A stretch of DNA of 63,877 nucleotides, the filler included, from Octopus bimaculoides (Eukaryota), in NCBI RefSeq assembly GCF_001194135.2. It is 4 parts of 4 records of this genome, joined end to end, with 100 filler letters (N's around TTAATTAATTAA, not from the genome) between each part and the next. Parts side by side here need not be neighbours in the genome. Positions count along the whole stretch, not along the records: positions 38,414 to 63,877 come from NC_068995.1; 3 more parts are not named here. One strand, 5' to 3'. Positions 63,318-63,877 of the stretch are shown here, piece after piece. A program made the position numbers and the translations under genes. Below the pieces are notes generated by a model, which saw only the letters and a program-made list of their open reading frames with translations, ran no database searches and was not told the DNA's origin. Position 1 is the stretch's first letter; every line of letters starts with the position of its first letter.

Positions 63318-63718
63318 TGCCACATAAGCAGGTGAACCCAATAGTGGCTGTCAGACAATTGCTGTGACTACATCACCCTCAACATCTGGCCACATAACTC
63401 CCCAGATTGCAACGCCTTTATTATTATGTGTGAGGCACAATTGAGCGAGAGACTAGTAATATTCCCTATATCACCAAAGATGAACTGAAGGCAAGGATTA
63501 TGGCAGCATTCACCAACTTAAACAAGGAAGAGCTGCAGAAGTCACCTCCAAGCCTTGGTTGAAGCCAATGACAATTTCATTGAATAAATTTTCTCTTTAG
63601 TATTTCAAGATATTTTAATGTAATTTTGAGAATATATCTTTTAAAATGAGATGTTAGTGTTAATTTCACTTTTGCGTAATCTCGACGGCAGTTTGGCAGT
63701 TTATTTACTTCACCCTGT
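63318..63718 (+). mobile_element. Tc1/mariner (maT/rosa-like) transposase C-terminal fragment and 3' end
   Basis: CHISR*TQ*WLSDNCCDYITLNIWPHNSPDCN...YYV*GTIERET...TKDELKARIMAAFTNLNKE...LQALVEANDNFIE* (stop at 63585-63587). SPDxNP-type motif; terminal ...ttcaccctgt resembles a Tc1 TIR end. Confidence 0.85.
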
Positions 63719-63732
63719 TTAGAAAAATAGAC

Positions 63733-63773
<41 letters not shown>

Positions 63774-63877
63774 TGGATATATATACATATATATATTCAT
63801 ATGTAGAGATGTATATTTATGTACACACACATACACACGCCTATACGCACACGTACACCTATTTATATATATATATA

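Overview
AT-rich, gap-ridden animal genomic DNA. The SINE families, microsatellite load and repeat content suggest an octopus (inference). I can name no host gene; there is one weak candidate exon at 6295-6470 (-). The window is mostly mobile-element debris: three decayed Penelope-like (PLE; RT + GIY-YIG) retroelements, an RTE LINE 3' end, a mariner and two Tc1/mariner transposase fragments, an internally deleted Helitron, and several dozen tRNA-derived SINE copies or fragments. The most striking signal is a set of hammerhead-ribozyme (HHR) motifs in PLE-type terminal repeats. The best is a ~650-bp repeat family (8570-9250, 59075-59325, 59530-60122) whose hammerhead strands occur in an order that is not a circular permutation of types I/II/III. 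The copy at 9052-9122 retains every catalytic-core nucleotide. Other HHRs have a very long stem II or variant cores (CUGUUGA, CCGACGA), and HHR-bearing repeats recur as outward-facing inverted pairs. All alignments and folds were done by eye; none were computed.
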